A stretch of 63,335 nucleotides of DNA, filler included, from Octopus bimaculoides (GCF_001194135.2; 7 parts of 6 records of this genome joined end to end with filler, not necessarily neighbours in it); one strand, 5' to 3'. Shown: positions 26,439 through 39,796, numbered from the whole stretch's first letter. Notes: generated by a model from the letters alone, not told the origin. Translations and numbers: made by a program.

Positions 26439-28342
26439 CATATATATATATATATATATACTAAAGTATTGATTAGAAAGAGACAAATTTCAAGGTCGAT
26501 AATAAGCTTCATCAAAGCCAACATACATGTAAACACAGAGGGTGTATATAAGCCATTATAAATATCCGAGTATATAATATATTAAATTATATATATACAT
26601 ATAGTGTAATTCCGTGCCCAAATCGAAATCGGATGAAGAATTGCATAAATACATACAGACAAATGAAGAAGTCTCAAGTTGATGAAATGACAGTTCACAA
26701 TGATGCAAAAAGGGCAGTCCTCAAACGAATCCAATAAATACGAAAGGATCTCACGGCCGTTTATGTGAATGTGAAAAAAAGTGTGTAGGTAAAACCTTTT
26801 CAACTTCAGTAATCCACATTTCCTTCATCGGAGAATACGCACGGATTCAGAATTTTAAAGAAAATCATAAAATTATTCGTGATATTGTAAGAATATGTAT
26901 AAGGTGTTGTAATTATATGCAAGTATAAATATATATATATACCCACATATCTTCAGTCATTTATTCATTTATCTATCAATATCTATCCATCTGTCTATCT
27001 ATCCTGCTACACACACACACACAAACAAACACACACACACAAACAAATATTTTTGCATATGTTTACACATAAATATAAATATATATATGCAAGTATATGT
27101 ATATTACACAAAGACACACATACACACANNNNNNNNNNNNNNNNNNNNNNNNNNNNNNNNNNNNNNNNNNNNNNNNNNNNNNNNNNNNNNNNNNNNNNNN
27201 NNNNNNNNNNNNNNNNNNNNNNNNNNNNNNNNNNNNNNNNNNNNNNNNNNNNNNNNNNNNNNNNNNNNNNNNNNNNNNNNNNNNNNNNNNNNNNNNNNNN
27301 NNNNNNNNNNNNNNNNNNNNNNNNNNNNNNNNNNNNNNNNNNNNNNNNNNNNNNNNNNNNNNNNNNNNNNNNNNNNNNNNNNNNNNNNNNNNNNNNNNNN
27401 NNNNNNNNNNNNNNNNNNNNNNNNNNNNNNNNNNNNNNNNNNNNNNNNNNNNNNNNNNNNNNNNNNNNNNNNNNNNNNNNNNNNNNNNNNNNNNNNNNNN
27501 NNNNNNNNNNNNNNNNNNNNNNNNNNNNNNNNNNNNNNNNNNNNNNNNNNNNNNNNNNNNNNNNNNNNNNNNNNNNNNNNNNNNNNNNNNNNNNNNNNNN
27601 NNNNNNNNNNNNNNNNNNNNNNNNNNNNNNNNNNNNNNNNNNNNNNNNNNNNNNNNNNNNNNNNNNNNNNNNNNNNNNNNNNNNNNNNNNNNNNNNNNNN
27701 NNNNNNNNNNNNNNNNNNNNNNNNNNNNNNNNNNNNNNNNNNNNNNNNNNNNNNNNNNNNNNNNNNNNNNNNNNNNNNNNNNNNNNNNNNNNNNNNNNNN
27801 NNNNNNNNNNNNNNNNNNNNNNNNNNNNNNNNNNNNNNNNNNNNNNNNNNNNNNNNNNNNNNNNNNNNNNNNNNNNNNNNNNNNNNNNNNNNNNNNNNNA
27901 TGTATATATATATATATATGTATTTATATATCTATATCTGTGTGTGTATGTAATGAGATTTAACAGTTATCTGGAGATCAACGTTTGTTACGGAAATGCT
28001 TGTCATGGCAGACATTTTGCACATCAGACGTATTTTTTAATCATTATTTTCTGTTACAGATTTCGCGTGGAATTGTGCATGTGTGTGCGTGTCTGTGTGT
28101 GTGTGTGTGTGCGTCTGTGTGTGTGCATGTGTGTGTGTGTGTGTGTGTGTGTGCACGCGCGCGTATGTTTCTATCTAGCAGAAAGAACAATGGCAAATTC
28201 AATAAGAATATATAAAACAGACAGAATTTCATACGAAAAATTGAAATAATATGATAAATAACCCCTAATTTTATCAAATGTAAAATGCAAATGTTGTCCA
28301 TAAAACACGAACTGTAAGAACTATGCATGTGCCGCCGCGCGC

Positions 28343-28373
<31 letters not shown>

Positions 28374-28915
28374 CGTGCGAGTGTGTGTGTGTGTGTTTGT
28401 ATGTGTATCCCCGTGTACATGTATGCATCACTGCACATGTATGTAATCATATCTATATGTATACAAACGGATGTATGTATTCTTATATATATATATGTTA
28501 TGTATCGGGGTGTTGGGTGTTAGTAAGCTTCGAGTAGTTTATAGAAAGTATATAAATAAAATTCTTTCACCAACATTAGTGGTTTATCGATGTAGAAGGT
28601 TGTAAATTTTTCCCATGTCGAAGTTCGCTAAGCTATAAAAAGTTGTTCTATAGTTCACGGTCAGCAGCTGAAGTTGGTGTGTACGCGAATACAAAATTGA
28701 ACTCAAAACTTAAAGACACACTAAATACAGACAAGCAGTTCACCCGGCGTGTTAACGTTTCTGCTAGAGTGCTGCCTTTACACACAACGTAAAAATATAT
28801 ATATATATATATATANNNNNNNNNNNNNNNNNNNNNNNNNNNNNNNNNNNNNNNNNNNNTTAATTAATTAANNNNNNNNNNNNNNNNNNNNNNNNNNNNN
28901 NNNNNNNNNNNNNNN

Positions 28916-29180
28916 GCCTTGTGAGTGGATTTGGTAGAGGGAAACTGAAAGAAGCCCGTCGTATATATGTATATATATGTGTGTGTTTGTGTGTCTGTGT
29001 TTGTCCCCCCAACATCGCTTGACAACCGATGCTGGTGTGTTTATGTCCCCGTAACTTAGCGGTTCGGCAAAAGAGAACGATAGAATAAGTACTAGGCTTC
29101 CAAAGAATAAGTCCTGGGGTCGATTTGCTCGACTAAAGGCGGTGCTCCAGCATGGCCACAGTCAAAAGACTGAAACAAGC
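28916..29180 (+). mobile_element. SINE family B (5' part in gap)
   Basis: GCCTTGTGAGTGGATTTGGTAGAGGGAAACTGAAAGAAGCCCGTCG-microsatellite-...TAAAGGCGGTGCTCCAGCATGGCCACAGTCAAAAGACTGAAAC. Confidence 0.85.
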
Positions 29181-29517
29181 AAAGAGTATATATATACACA
29201 CAGAGGGAGGGAGAGAGTAAAGAAAATTTTACAAACAAGTGAAGTGCGTAAATGGGATGATACGTGTAAATTTGTACGAATATCTATGTCTATTTATGTT
29301 TGTATCTATGCATAAACGCATCTTGTAATCTGTGTCCGTATACTTGAAAGAGTGTACACAGTTAGAGTGATACATTAATAAGTTGATATATATAGATACT
29401 TTGTGAGTGAACATTCTCAACCATGTGTATATATCTACATTTGTGTTCATGAGCACAAACGCTCTGAAAGGTACCTTATATGCATGCATGAATGTGTGTA
29501 TCTATATTCTTTTACAC

Positions 29518-29828
29518 GTTTCAATCATTTGACTGCAGCCATGTTGGAGTACTGCTTTAAAGGGTTTTTTGTCGGAGAAACCGACCCTAGTACTTATTTT
29601 ATCGGTTTCTTCTGCTGGACCGCTATGTTACGGGGACATAAACACACCAGCATATATATATATATATATATATACACGACAGGCTCCTTTCAGTTTTCGT
29701 CTACGAAATCCACTCACAAGGCTTTGGTCGGCCCGAAGCTATAGTAGTAGATACTTGCCCAAGATGCCACTCAATGGGACTAAACTCGGAACCATGTGAT
29801 TAAGAAGCAATCTTCTAACCACCCAGAC
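29518..29828 (-). mobile_element. SINE family B, internally deleted copy
   Basis: Tail, central (TA)n and head motifs are all present in order. Confidence 0.75.
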
Positions 29829-29959
29829 AAGACTACATATGCGTGTATGTGTGTGTGTGTGTATGTATGTGTGTGTGTGTGTGTGCGGGCGCGCGTGTGT
29901 GTGTGTATAGATATAGGCATAATATACACATAATATACATATAAGATGTATTTTCGGCC

Positions 29960-31290
29960 ACTGACAAGATGAACCCAAACTTTGCAACAGATGGACTCCC
30001 AGCAATTCTGTTAAAAACCCACTGCAAAAGTTTTTCCAGAGTTCCCCTGAATGCGGTACATTTCCTCAAATGTTAAAAGAAGGAATGATCTGCCCTGTCC
30101 ATAAAGGAAGAAACAGAGCAGATGTTATAAACTACAGACCAATCTCTCTATCTTCACATGTTAACAAGATCATGGAACGCATTGTCAGAAAAAGACTGAC
30201 CACGTTCCTAGAAGAAAACGACTTGCATACAGACACGCAACATGGTTTCCGTCCCGGAAGGAGCTGCCTAACACAGCTACTGCAGCACTTCGACTGGGTA
30301 CTAAAACAACAGTTCAACCATTCAAATGTGGATGTGATATATCTCGACTTTGCCAAGTCATTTTACAAAGTCGGTCATGGGATGATATGTTACAAATTAC
30401 GTGACCTCGGTATCGCTGGTAGACTAAGAAAGTGGCTGCATGGTTTCCTGAAGGCAAATGGTGCTTTCTCTGAAGTGACACCAATCTTCAGGGAACAATG
30501 CTGAGACCACTACTGTTTGTGATTGCTCTCTTAGACATGCTTTCAGCCATAGAGTCAGCCACAGTCACCAGCTATGCCGATGATACAAAAGTTTCGCAGG
30601 CAGTCAAGGATCCTGCTGACATCCTAAGACTGCAGAATGACCTGAACGCAATATATAAATGGGCAGATGAGAATAATATGCAGTTTAATGCCTCAAAATT
30701 TCAAGCACTCTGCTATCAGACCACAAACAAACTACAGCTGAAATACACGGGACCAGCAGGCAACGTAATCCCAGTGCGTGATCTGGGAATCCACATGAGC
30801 CACGACGCAAATTTCTATGTGCACATTGCTCAGTTGGCAACACTATGCAGGCGGGTGGCAGGTTGGATCCTTAGATGCTTCAGGACCAGAAAGAGAGACA
30901 CAATGCTTCTGCTTTTGAGAACCTTTGTCCTCAGTCGTCTGGACTACTGCTCCCAACTGTGGTCCCCACAGAGTGTGAAACTAATTGCGTAAGTAGAGGC
31001 GATCCATTGCCACTACACAAAGAAGATAGACTCAGTAAAAACAAAGACGTTGAAGGACCTGGAAATCTGCTCCCTGGAGAAGAGATGTGAGAGATGTGCA
31101 GTACTATATATATAGAAAATAATGGAGAGTCTAGCTCCAAATTTCGGAATGGAAATCTACAACAATCTCCGAACTGGACGGCACTGCACAGTACCAAAGG
31201 TTCCATTTTCTCCATCGAGGATACGAACCCAATATTGTAATGGCTTGGGGTTCAAGGGACCATAACTTTTTAATGCCCTATCACGATGTG
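29960..31290 (+). mobile_element. CR1-clade LINE reverse-transcriptase pseudogene
   Basis: NYRPISLSSHVNKIMERIV, QHGFRPGRSCLTQLL, VDVIYLDFAKSF, LRPLLF..YADDTK, LQNDLNAIYKWADENNMQFNASK, RDLGIHM, LSRLDYCSQLWSP; frameshifts and stops. Confidence 0.92.
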
Positions 31291-31473
31291 GGTTGATCCA
31301 GTATTGCAGATACCGGATCAACCCACATCGCAGCAGGAGGTACAAAGAAGAGCGGCACCGTCCAAATCCATACTTCACCAGAAGCAATACTGGAAAAATA
31401 TCCGTATGTTGTAAAGGCGGTGTACCAGCATGGCTGAAACCCATAAAAGAAATAACAGAAATATACATAGATG

Positions 31474-31969
31474 CTGATCTCCTATGTTCGAAAATATAAG
31501 GATACAGTATTTTTTGTGTCGTATAGCCAGCTGGAAACGATGCTTCCTGGGGCTAAATAACAGTAACATTCGTCCCATCCCGGGACTGTCACATTATGTT
31601 GGCAAAAAGTCATTAATTTATGGTGCTGTAACTGTATATCTCTCTTTGAAAGATTTAGAAATAATAAAACTTCTATTTTGTAGATTAGTAACTATGTGTC
31701 ACTTTGAAATCTATATATTTTCGACAGCAGTTCAATGGCGATATCTACCCAACCAAGCTACTCCACATTGATAAAGCACAATAACCCAGAAACCGGTCCG
31801 TGGATGCGAAGTTGTGCTTGGTGGAGTTACTGATATCCCCTGTTCGAAAACATAAAGACACAATTTTTTGTGTCTTATAGCCAGCTGGAAACGATGTTTC
31901 CTGAATCTAAGTAACGATAACATTCGACCCATCCTGGGACTGACACATTACGTTGGCAATAAGTCATAA
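31474..31969. repeat. Two ~140-bp direct repeats, period ~356 bp
   Basis: 31474-31615 and 31830-31969 share TGTTCGAAAA...TTTTTTGTGTC.TATAGCCAGCTGGAAACGATG.TTCCTG...AACATTCG.CCCATCC.GGGACTG.CACATTA.GTTGGCAA.AAGTCAT. Confidence 0.85.
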
Positions 31970-32297
31970 CTATATATATATATATATATATGAACTTATC
32001 TCTATGAATATGAGCAATTATCAATACTTCTCGTTCTGTCTTTCCTTTCATATATGCGTGTGTATGTGTATATGTATGTGCGTATGTACATGCGAATATG
32101 CGTGTGCGTTGTTGTCTATGTATGATCCTGCGTGCGCCTGTGTCTATAACTAACCGTTCGATAGTGTATATATGTAAGTATATATACATATGTTTGTGTG
32201 TGTGTGCGAGAACAAAGCAAAGTAAATGTTATTATAGTCTTGTTTTGGTGTTCTTTAATGTTCCAACCGTATGTGTATGTGTGTGCGTGTGTCTGTG

Positions 32298-32348
<51 letters not shown>

Positions 32349-33274
32349 TTGTTTTGGCATGTGTATACTTGTGTGTGTGTAAACGCGTATGTGACCGCCC
32401 CATCAGAATGTTCTGCCATCTATTATTAACCTGAGAAGTATTCATTCCTCCGGAACCAGGAGCACTTGTATACTTTATGTGGCGATAAAAGGAATTCAGT
32501 TAACTCATCCAAAGCTACAGCTCCTCGTATGAGGGGGAAGAGGTAGGCTCTCTAATGGAAAAGGCACGTGAATGAAGGTTGCTGAGGAAGAGGCGAGGGT
32601 AGAAAGAAGTGGGGATTAAAGGACGAAGGTGAAGATGAAGAAGCAGATGATGATGGTGGTGGTGGTCGTCGTCGTCGTCGACGTGGTGCTGGTGGTGGTG
32701 GTGGTGGTGGTGGTGGCGGTGGTGGTTGTGGTGNNNNNNNNNNNNNNNNNAGTTAACTCATCCAAAGCTACAGCTCCTCGTATGAGGGGGAAGAGGTAGG
32801 CTCTCTAATGGAAAAGGCACGTGAATGAAGGTTGCTGAGGAAGAGGCGAGGGTAGAAAGAAGTGGGGATTAAAGGACGAAGGTGAAGATGAAGAAGCAGA
32901 TGATGATGGTGGTGGTGGTCGTCGTCGTCGTGGGGTGCCACCGCTGGTATTTGTGCTGGTGCCTGTAATGTGGTAAGGGTGGTAATAAAGAGATAGACGA
33001 AGAAAAAGAAGAAGAAGAAGAAGAAGAAGAAGAAGACAAAGAAAAAGCAAAAGAAGAAGAAGACAAAGAAAAAGCAAAAGAAGACGACGACGAAGAAAAA
33101 TAGAAGAGGAGGAGGAGGAGGAGAAGAGCTCAGAAGAAGAGGAAATGATGAAGATGAAGAAGAAATAGATGAAAAAAAAGAAGAGGAGGGGAGGAGAGGT
33201 AAGAAGAAGGGGAAATGATGACCATGAAGAAATAGAAGAAGAAGAAGAAATGAAGCCAGTGGAGAGATCAACCG

Positions 33275-33305
<31 letters not shown>

Positions 33306-33339
33306 CAGCAGTAGTAGTAGTAGTAGTAGTAGTAGCAGC

Positions 33340-33390
<51 letters not shown>

Positions 33391-33803
33391 GGTGGTGGAG
33401 GTGGCTATCAAAGAGAGTGGAAGGGGGGAGCAGAGAAGGAAGAAGAAGAAGAGAAAGGAGAGGTTTAAAGCAGTGTGCAATCATGGTGGATATCATATCT
33501 AAGGATTTATTAGCTCAACATGGCCGTTTATTTCGGAAGCCAATGAATGTTTTGTAATTTGATTAATTGTGTTTATGTGTGTCGTTTATGATTGAACTAA
33601 CAACACACACGCACGCACGCACGCACCCACGTCCGCTCGCATGCATGCATGCACACACATACACAAACAGACGTGCATATCCATACACACATATGCGTCT
33701 ATTCGCGAGTATCTGGTTCCATACAGATTCTTGTATACATCTGTGTGTATGCGTATCAGTTTATATTTGAATTAGATTATTTCATATGCTTGAATAAGCT
33801 TGC

Positions 33804-33837
<34 letters not shown>

Positions 33838-34079
33838 NNNNNNNNNNNNNNNNNNNNNNNNNNNNNNNNNNNNNNNNNNNNNNNNNNNNNNNNNNNNNNN
33901 NNNNNNNNNNNNNNNNNNNNNNNNNNNNNNNNNNNNNNNNNNNNNNNNNNNNNNNNNNNNNNNNNNNNNNNNNNNNNNNNNNNNNNNNNNNNNNNNNNNN
34001 NNNNNNNNNNNNNNNNNNNNNNNNNNNNNNNNNNNNNNNNNNNNNNNNNNNNNNNNNNNNNNNNNNNNNNNNNNNNNNN

Positions 34080-34116
<37 letters not shown>

Positions 34117-34971
34117 ATAGATATGTGTGTGTCTCTGTGTATATATATATATATATATATTGCGTGCATGTTTCCTCCCTCAATCTAGCCATATATATAT
34201 ACACACACAGACTCACACACACACACATAAACACACACACACTCACACTCATGTATATATATATATATGATTGTGCGTGTGTATGTTTATGTGTATATAT
34301 ACATAAATAAACATACATACATATATACATATATACACAGATGTATGGGTTATGTCTGTACTGTATGTATGCGTGTGTGTATGTATGTATGTATGTATGT
34401 ATGCATGCATGTATGTATGTAGGCAGGTAGGTAGGTAAGTTGGTAGGTAGGTAGGTAGTATGTATGTATGTATGTATGTATGTATGTATGTATGTATGTA
34501 GGTGATTCTACTACGTGGTTTATGTTGTCGAGCACATTCGTATTTGTAAGGTATTTTCGCCATTAAAAAAATTGGAAAAGAAAAAGACAAGAGAACAAAT
34601 AAATGTACCACGTGATTTAGTAGAAAAATTGTTTGCAAACAATGGCGGAAGCTGCGAAGAAAAGTTTGAAAGAAATATTTTAGCAAATAATTGCAATGAA
34701 AGACAGAACGGTTTTGCATCATAATAAAACGTCTGTTAAAGGACCGTAACGTGAGTTTCGGATTCCATTTCAGCAAGAAGCCTTAATGTTTAGAAGCAAT
34801 GGATAGATGCAGAATCAAGATTTTGGAGCTCAAGAAAGTTTAGCCAGAATTCCCATGAATGACGTGGCTGTTATTTTTGTTATTTAACCCCAGGTTGAAC
34901 CAAATAAAGCTGACTTATGCTGAAATACATTTTATCGTTTTTGCCGTATCTTTTACAATTTATGATTTTTT

Positions 34972-35360
34972 TGTTTCATTTGTTCGACTGTGGTCATTCT
35001 GGAGCATCACCCTGAAGAGTTTTAATGAAGTGAATCAACCCCAGTTACTTTTATGTCAAGCCCAGTACTTATTCTATCGGTCGCATTTCAAATACCAACA
35101 CTGGTTATCAAGCGGCGTTGGTGACAAACATATTTATGTATATGTATGTGTCTTTGTGTCTATGCTTATTCCCCCACCACCAACACCATCGCATGGCAAC
35201 CTATGCTGGTTTGTTTATGTCCCCGTAACTTAACGGTTCGGCAAAAGTATCCGATGGAATAAGTACTAGGCTTACAAAGAACAAGTCCTGGGGGTCGATT
35301 TCTCCGACTAAAACCTTTTAAGTCGGCGCTCCAGCATGGCCGCAGTCAAATGACTGAAAT
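34972..35360. mobile_element. Two SINE-B 3' halves joined back-to-back (inverted)
   Basis: A minus-strand tail at 34972-35140 meets a plus-strand central-to-tail segment at 35141-35360, at the internal microsatellite. Confidence 0.65.
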
Positions 35361-35571
35361 GAGTAGGAGAATTAAAGAATATTAAAGGCGATCGTGTGTA
35401 ATTTAACGATCCTTTTTTTTTCTCGCTGTCAGAGTCACTACATAGTGACCCCTCAAGTCTTTTCGCGTACTATGTGTTCTATTTTGATGCGAACCGTCTA
35501 ATTACTAGAACTGAACTATACATAATTAGTTCACAGAGCCAATGAGTAAACTGTTTTAATAAAGGTAAATA

Positions 35572-35850
35572 CTGGTTTCAAATTTTGGCACCAGGCCAGC
35601 AAGTTTGCGGGAGGAATTTCAGTCGATTACATCGACCCCAATGTTGAACTGGTACTTATTTTATCGACCCCGAAAGTGATGGAAGGCGAGGTTGACCTCG
35701 AATGATGGTAAATATTATTCTTTTCTACTCTAGGCACAAAGCCCGAAAATTTGGGGGAGGGAGCCAGTTGATTAGATCGACCCCAGTACGCAGATGGTAT
35801 TTAATTTATCGACCCCGAAAGAGTGAAAGGCAAAGTCGACCTCGGTGGAA
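35572..35850 (-). mobile_element. Two 5'-truncated SINE-A copies with different tails; the second has a 15-bp TSD
   Basis: Tails are GTGCCAAAATTTGAAACC versus GTGCCTAGAGTAGAAAAG. ATGGTAAATATTATT is repeated at 35705-35719 and 35850-35864. Confidence 0.75.
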
Positions 35851-37821
35851 TGGTAAATATTATTAGATCTTGTAGGGCTTTGGTCGTCGGTTTGTATGTT
35901 TAAGCAGTTCAATATCGGAATAAATTGGTTTGCAGTGAAAGATAGACGAAGTTGAAAATTTAGAGGTAGAATACTTCGTCACAGAGACTTTTTTTTTCTC
36001 ATGGCACCGATAAATGGAATTGGAAATCATGAGAGGGAGAGAAAGACTGAGCAAAATGATATAGTGAAGAATGAAGTTACAAGTTGGAATATGTTGGTAG
36101 TGATGAATAAATTGGGAGAAGGGAAGTTGATGAACGAGAATGCGGCAAAATTTGTAAAGAAACAAGGGGAGATGAGAAATATTTAGTACAATATTTAGCA
36201 GAGGAAAGTTGATTTTGTAGTTTTCTTTGCCGACGTTTCAGAGTTTATGTTCCTCTGCAAAGGAAATAGATTGTTTTGTGGCTGAAAAATGTTATAAGAC
36301 ATAATTTTATGTTGAGATTTAATTTTCGGGCCCTGCTTCTGCTTAAGAGGTTGTATGTATGTATGTATGTATGTATGTATGTATGTAGGTAGGTAGGTAG
36401 GTAGGTAGGTAGGTAGGTAGGTAGGTAGCAGAGACATGCTGCCTAGGTAGGCAAGGTAGACAGTGCCTACCCTGAATGAAATAGATCGATGGTAACATTT
36501 TCCTTTTATTACCGGCATATTGCCTCTCCCAAGGTTTAATTGTATTTCTTTCAACACACGTATCCACATCAAGAATCTTGCACACGAAATACACATACGA
36601 AATATATATATATATATATATTGTAGATTACGTAGGCATAATTCGCCCCTGCTTTTCAATCTTAGTATTAAAACTACGCACAGTACTGCTGTACTACACG
36701 TGCCGCGTACATTCCTACAATAACGTTTTCTTTGCGCGCTATAAAGACAGAAGTAAATCTGCCTCCAACTCAGTCGCGCGCCTGCGTTTCGCTTATTTTG
36801 TTTTTGCGTGTGTTTTACTACATAAACATCACCAACTGCCTACCCTGAGTAATTACTCACGGCACGTGCCTGCTAGGTAGGTATGCATGCACGTGTGCTG
36901 GTTTATATCAGACGATCCACAGGTCTGCTCAATACTTATTGTAGAGGATACAGGTTATTTTTATTGAAACAGTAACTGAGAGTTTGCCCTATAATACTAC
37001 GATCTTCATAGGAATATATACATACGGACACATACAGACACACATACAGACACACATACAAAGTAACTCTCTTATATACATGTGTGTATGTGTGTGCTTT
37101 TATGCAATAATAAAACAATTTTACATTAAATTGAAGAATTACTCAATACATTTGATTGAGTGCAAATTTATTATTCTTGATCAAGAATATTATTGGCAGT
37201 CACTTGGAAGTTTCGGCCAGTATAGAGTCATGTCTGCACACTACTTATTTTATTACGATGCATCTATAGATCTATCTGCACGGTACAATAGCGAAGATGG
37301 TGTCACTGTTGCATATGCATGAATCTTCATATACAACGAAACGTCTGATTTATTCCAAATTCGATTTATTAGCCTGCCTAAGGCTTGAATATACATACAT
37401 CNNNNNNNNNNNNNNNNNNNNNNNNNNNNNNNNNNNNNNNNNNNNNNNNNNNNNNNNNNNNNNNNNNNNNNNNNNNNNNNNNNNNNNNNNNNNNNNNNNN
37501 NNNNNNNNNNNNNNNNNNNNNNNNNNNNNNNNNNNNNNNNNNNNNNNNNNNNNNNNNNNNNNNNNNNNNNNNNNNNNNNNNNNNNNNNNNNNNNNNNNNN
37601 NNNNNNNNNNNNNNNNNNNNNNNNNNNNNNNNNNNNNNNNNNNNNNNNNNNNNNNNNNNNNNNNNNNNNNNNNNNNNNNNNNNNNNNNNNNNNNNNNNNN
37701 NNNNNNNNNNNNNNNNNNNNNNNNNNNNNNNNNNNNNNNNNNNNNNNNNNNNNNNNNNNNNNNNNNNNNNNNNNNNNNNNNNNNNNNNNNNNNNNNNNNN
37801 NNNNNNNNNNNNNNNNNNNNN

Positions 37822-37884
<63 letters not shown>

Positions 37885-38445
37885 ACAGATGTATATACAT
37901 TCATACAAACATACTTATATTACGTATATACATTGCATCATATATAAATACTTTCATACATGCATACATACGTACATACATGCATACGTACATACATACA
38001 TATACCAGATATATAGATGTGCATGCATGTATACATAGATAAACGCAAAATGATAAATATATATCTGCAATTACTTTCGTAATTGCTTTATATTGTTAGG
38101 CATAACGAAGTAATTTGTTTACACTTATGTACATAAACAGACATGCAGTTTAAGATACGAAGATAGGAAAATGACTATGGTGGCAGAGAAGTATATCCGA
38201 GCTTAAGTGAATAAGAGAAAGTCATATCAGCAAAAAGACCTAGTACATAAATACATACACCCATACATATATAAGCAACATGTAATACTATACACGGGCC
38301 CTCGCTTCATTACCATCTTTGTTCCCGCCTGTTTCGAGCGAGGATTGGCTTGTGTAATCACCTGCACATGCAACATGGTAAAACTATTCAATCTGGTGGA
38401 ATTTCAAACTCTGGGACACAAGAAACAGCCTACAACATATATGGA

Positions 38446-38497
<52 letters not shown>

Positions 38498-38642
38498 GGT
38501 TTCGTAGAATTCTTAGAGCGTAGAGCAAAATTTCTGGTGGTATTTGACCTGTTACTTTAATTCTTCTGTTCAAATCCGGCCCTGGTCATCTTTGCTCTCT
38601 ATCCTCTCGATATCTCCCTTTTCTCGTTTTTTACTCTCTTTT

Positions 38643-38910
38643 ACTTGTTTCAGTCCTTTGACTGCGGCCATGCTGGAACACCGCCTTTAGTCGAGCAAAT
38701 CGACTCCCAGGACTTATTCTTTGTGAGCCTAGTACTTATTCTATCGGTCTCTTTTGCCGAATCGCTAAATTACAGGGACGTAAACACACCAACATCGGCT
38801 GTCAAGCGATGGTGGGGGACAGGCAGTCACACACACACACGCATATATACGACAGGCTTCTTTCAGTTTCCGTCTACCAAATCCACTCACAAGGCTTTGG
38901 TCGGCCCGAG
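38643..38910 (-). mobile_element. SINE family B, head missing where a MITE follows
   Basis: High identity to the other B copies up to GGTCGGCCCGAG. Confidence 0.85.
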
Positions 38911-38936
38911 TAATGATATATATGCTTTCTTATATA

Positions 38937-39269
38937 CAGGGTGATTCAAAAGTTTCCATACATAGGAAAAATCTATTTTTATAAGAGACGGTTTATAAGA
39001 TCCCCTAGATCCCCTGATCTGACCCCTCTTAATTTCTATTTTTGGGGGCATTTGAAAAGCATAGTGTATCATTTGAAGGAACGCATCACCAACTCATTTG
39101 CACACGTATCACACGTTTATCCCACAATGAGTGGGATAAACGTACTTCAATGTGTATTCAGAACAATGGTAACCATAAATTTTGTTAAATATTAAAAAAA
39201 TGTTCTTATAAACTGTTTCTTATGAAAAGATAAATTGCTCCTATGTATGACGACTTTTGAATCACCCTG
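38937..39269. mobile_element. Tc1/mariner-superfamily MITE, 333 bp
   Basis: TIR CAGGGTGATTCAAAAGT / ACTTTTGAATCACCCTG with TA on both sides. Internal remnant PRSPDLTPLNFYFWGHLKSIVY. Confidence 0.9.
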
Positions 39270-39721
39270 TATATAATAAAAGCATAATTTTCCTGCAAAA
39301 GAAATAAGTTATGGTCCTGATTTCTTTACATTTGAAAGACAGATAAAAAAATATATTGTGGTCGTATAAATCAGTGTTATTTTTTCAGTTATGGACAAGT
39401 TTGTCAAAATTCTTGGAAGCGATAGCATATTAAAATGCTATCGATCAAATGTTCAGCTGGAATTCGGATTTTCAATCCATTTATGTCGTCATTGACGTCA
39501 AGACTAGAGTGGAACTTAATGAAAACAAAATGATAACAGTTGTCGTGTTGTCGTTGAAGAAAAAAGAAATGGCAAACGTCTTTACTCAAATCGGTCAAGA
39601 TTAGTGGCTTACCTGATATTTATATATCAATAACTCAACAATGTAATGTAATTAATTATATATCATATGTTTTTTGTAACATCATATCAGTACAACTACC
39701 GCTTCTCTTTGTGTGTGCGTG

Positions 39722-39796
<75 letters not shown>

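Noticed and set aside
32498-32930. About 180-bp exact direct repeat either side of a 17-N gap
   Set aside because: Identical sequence flanking a tiny gap at a GGT/CGT repeat is most simply an unmerged contig overlap.
34515-34724. 69-aa ORF (NVPRDLVEKLFANNGGSCEEK) as an integrase zinc-binding remnant
   Set aside because: Only a vague resemblance; the HHCC residues are not recoverable.
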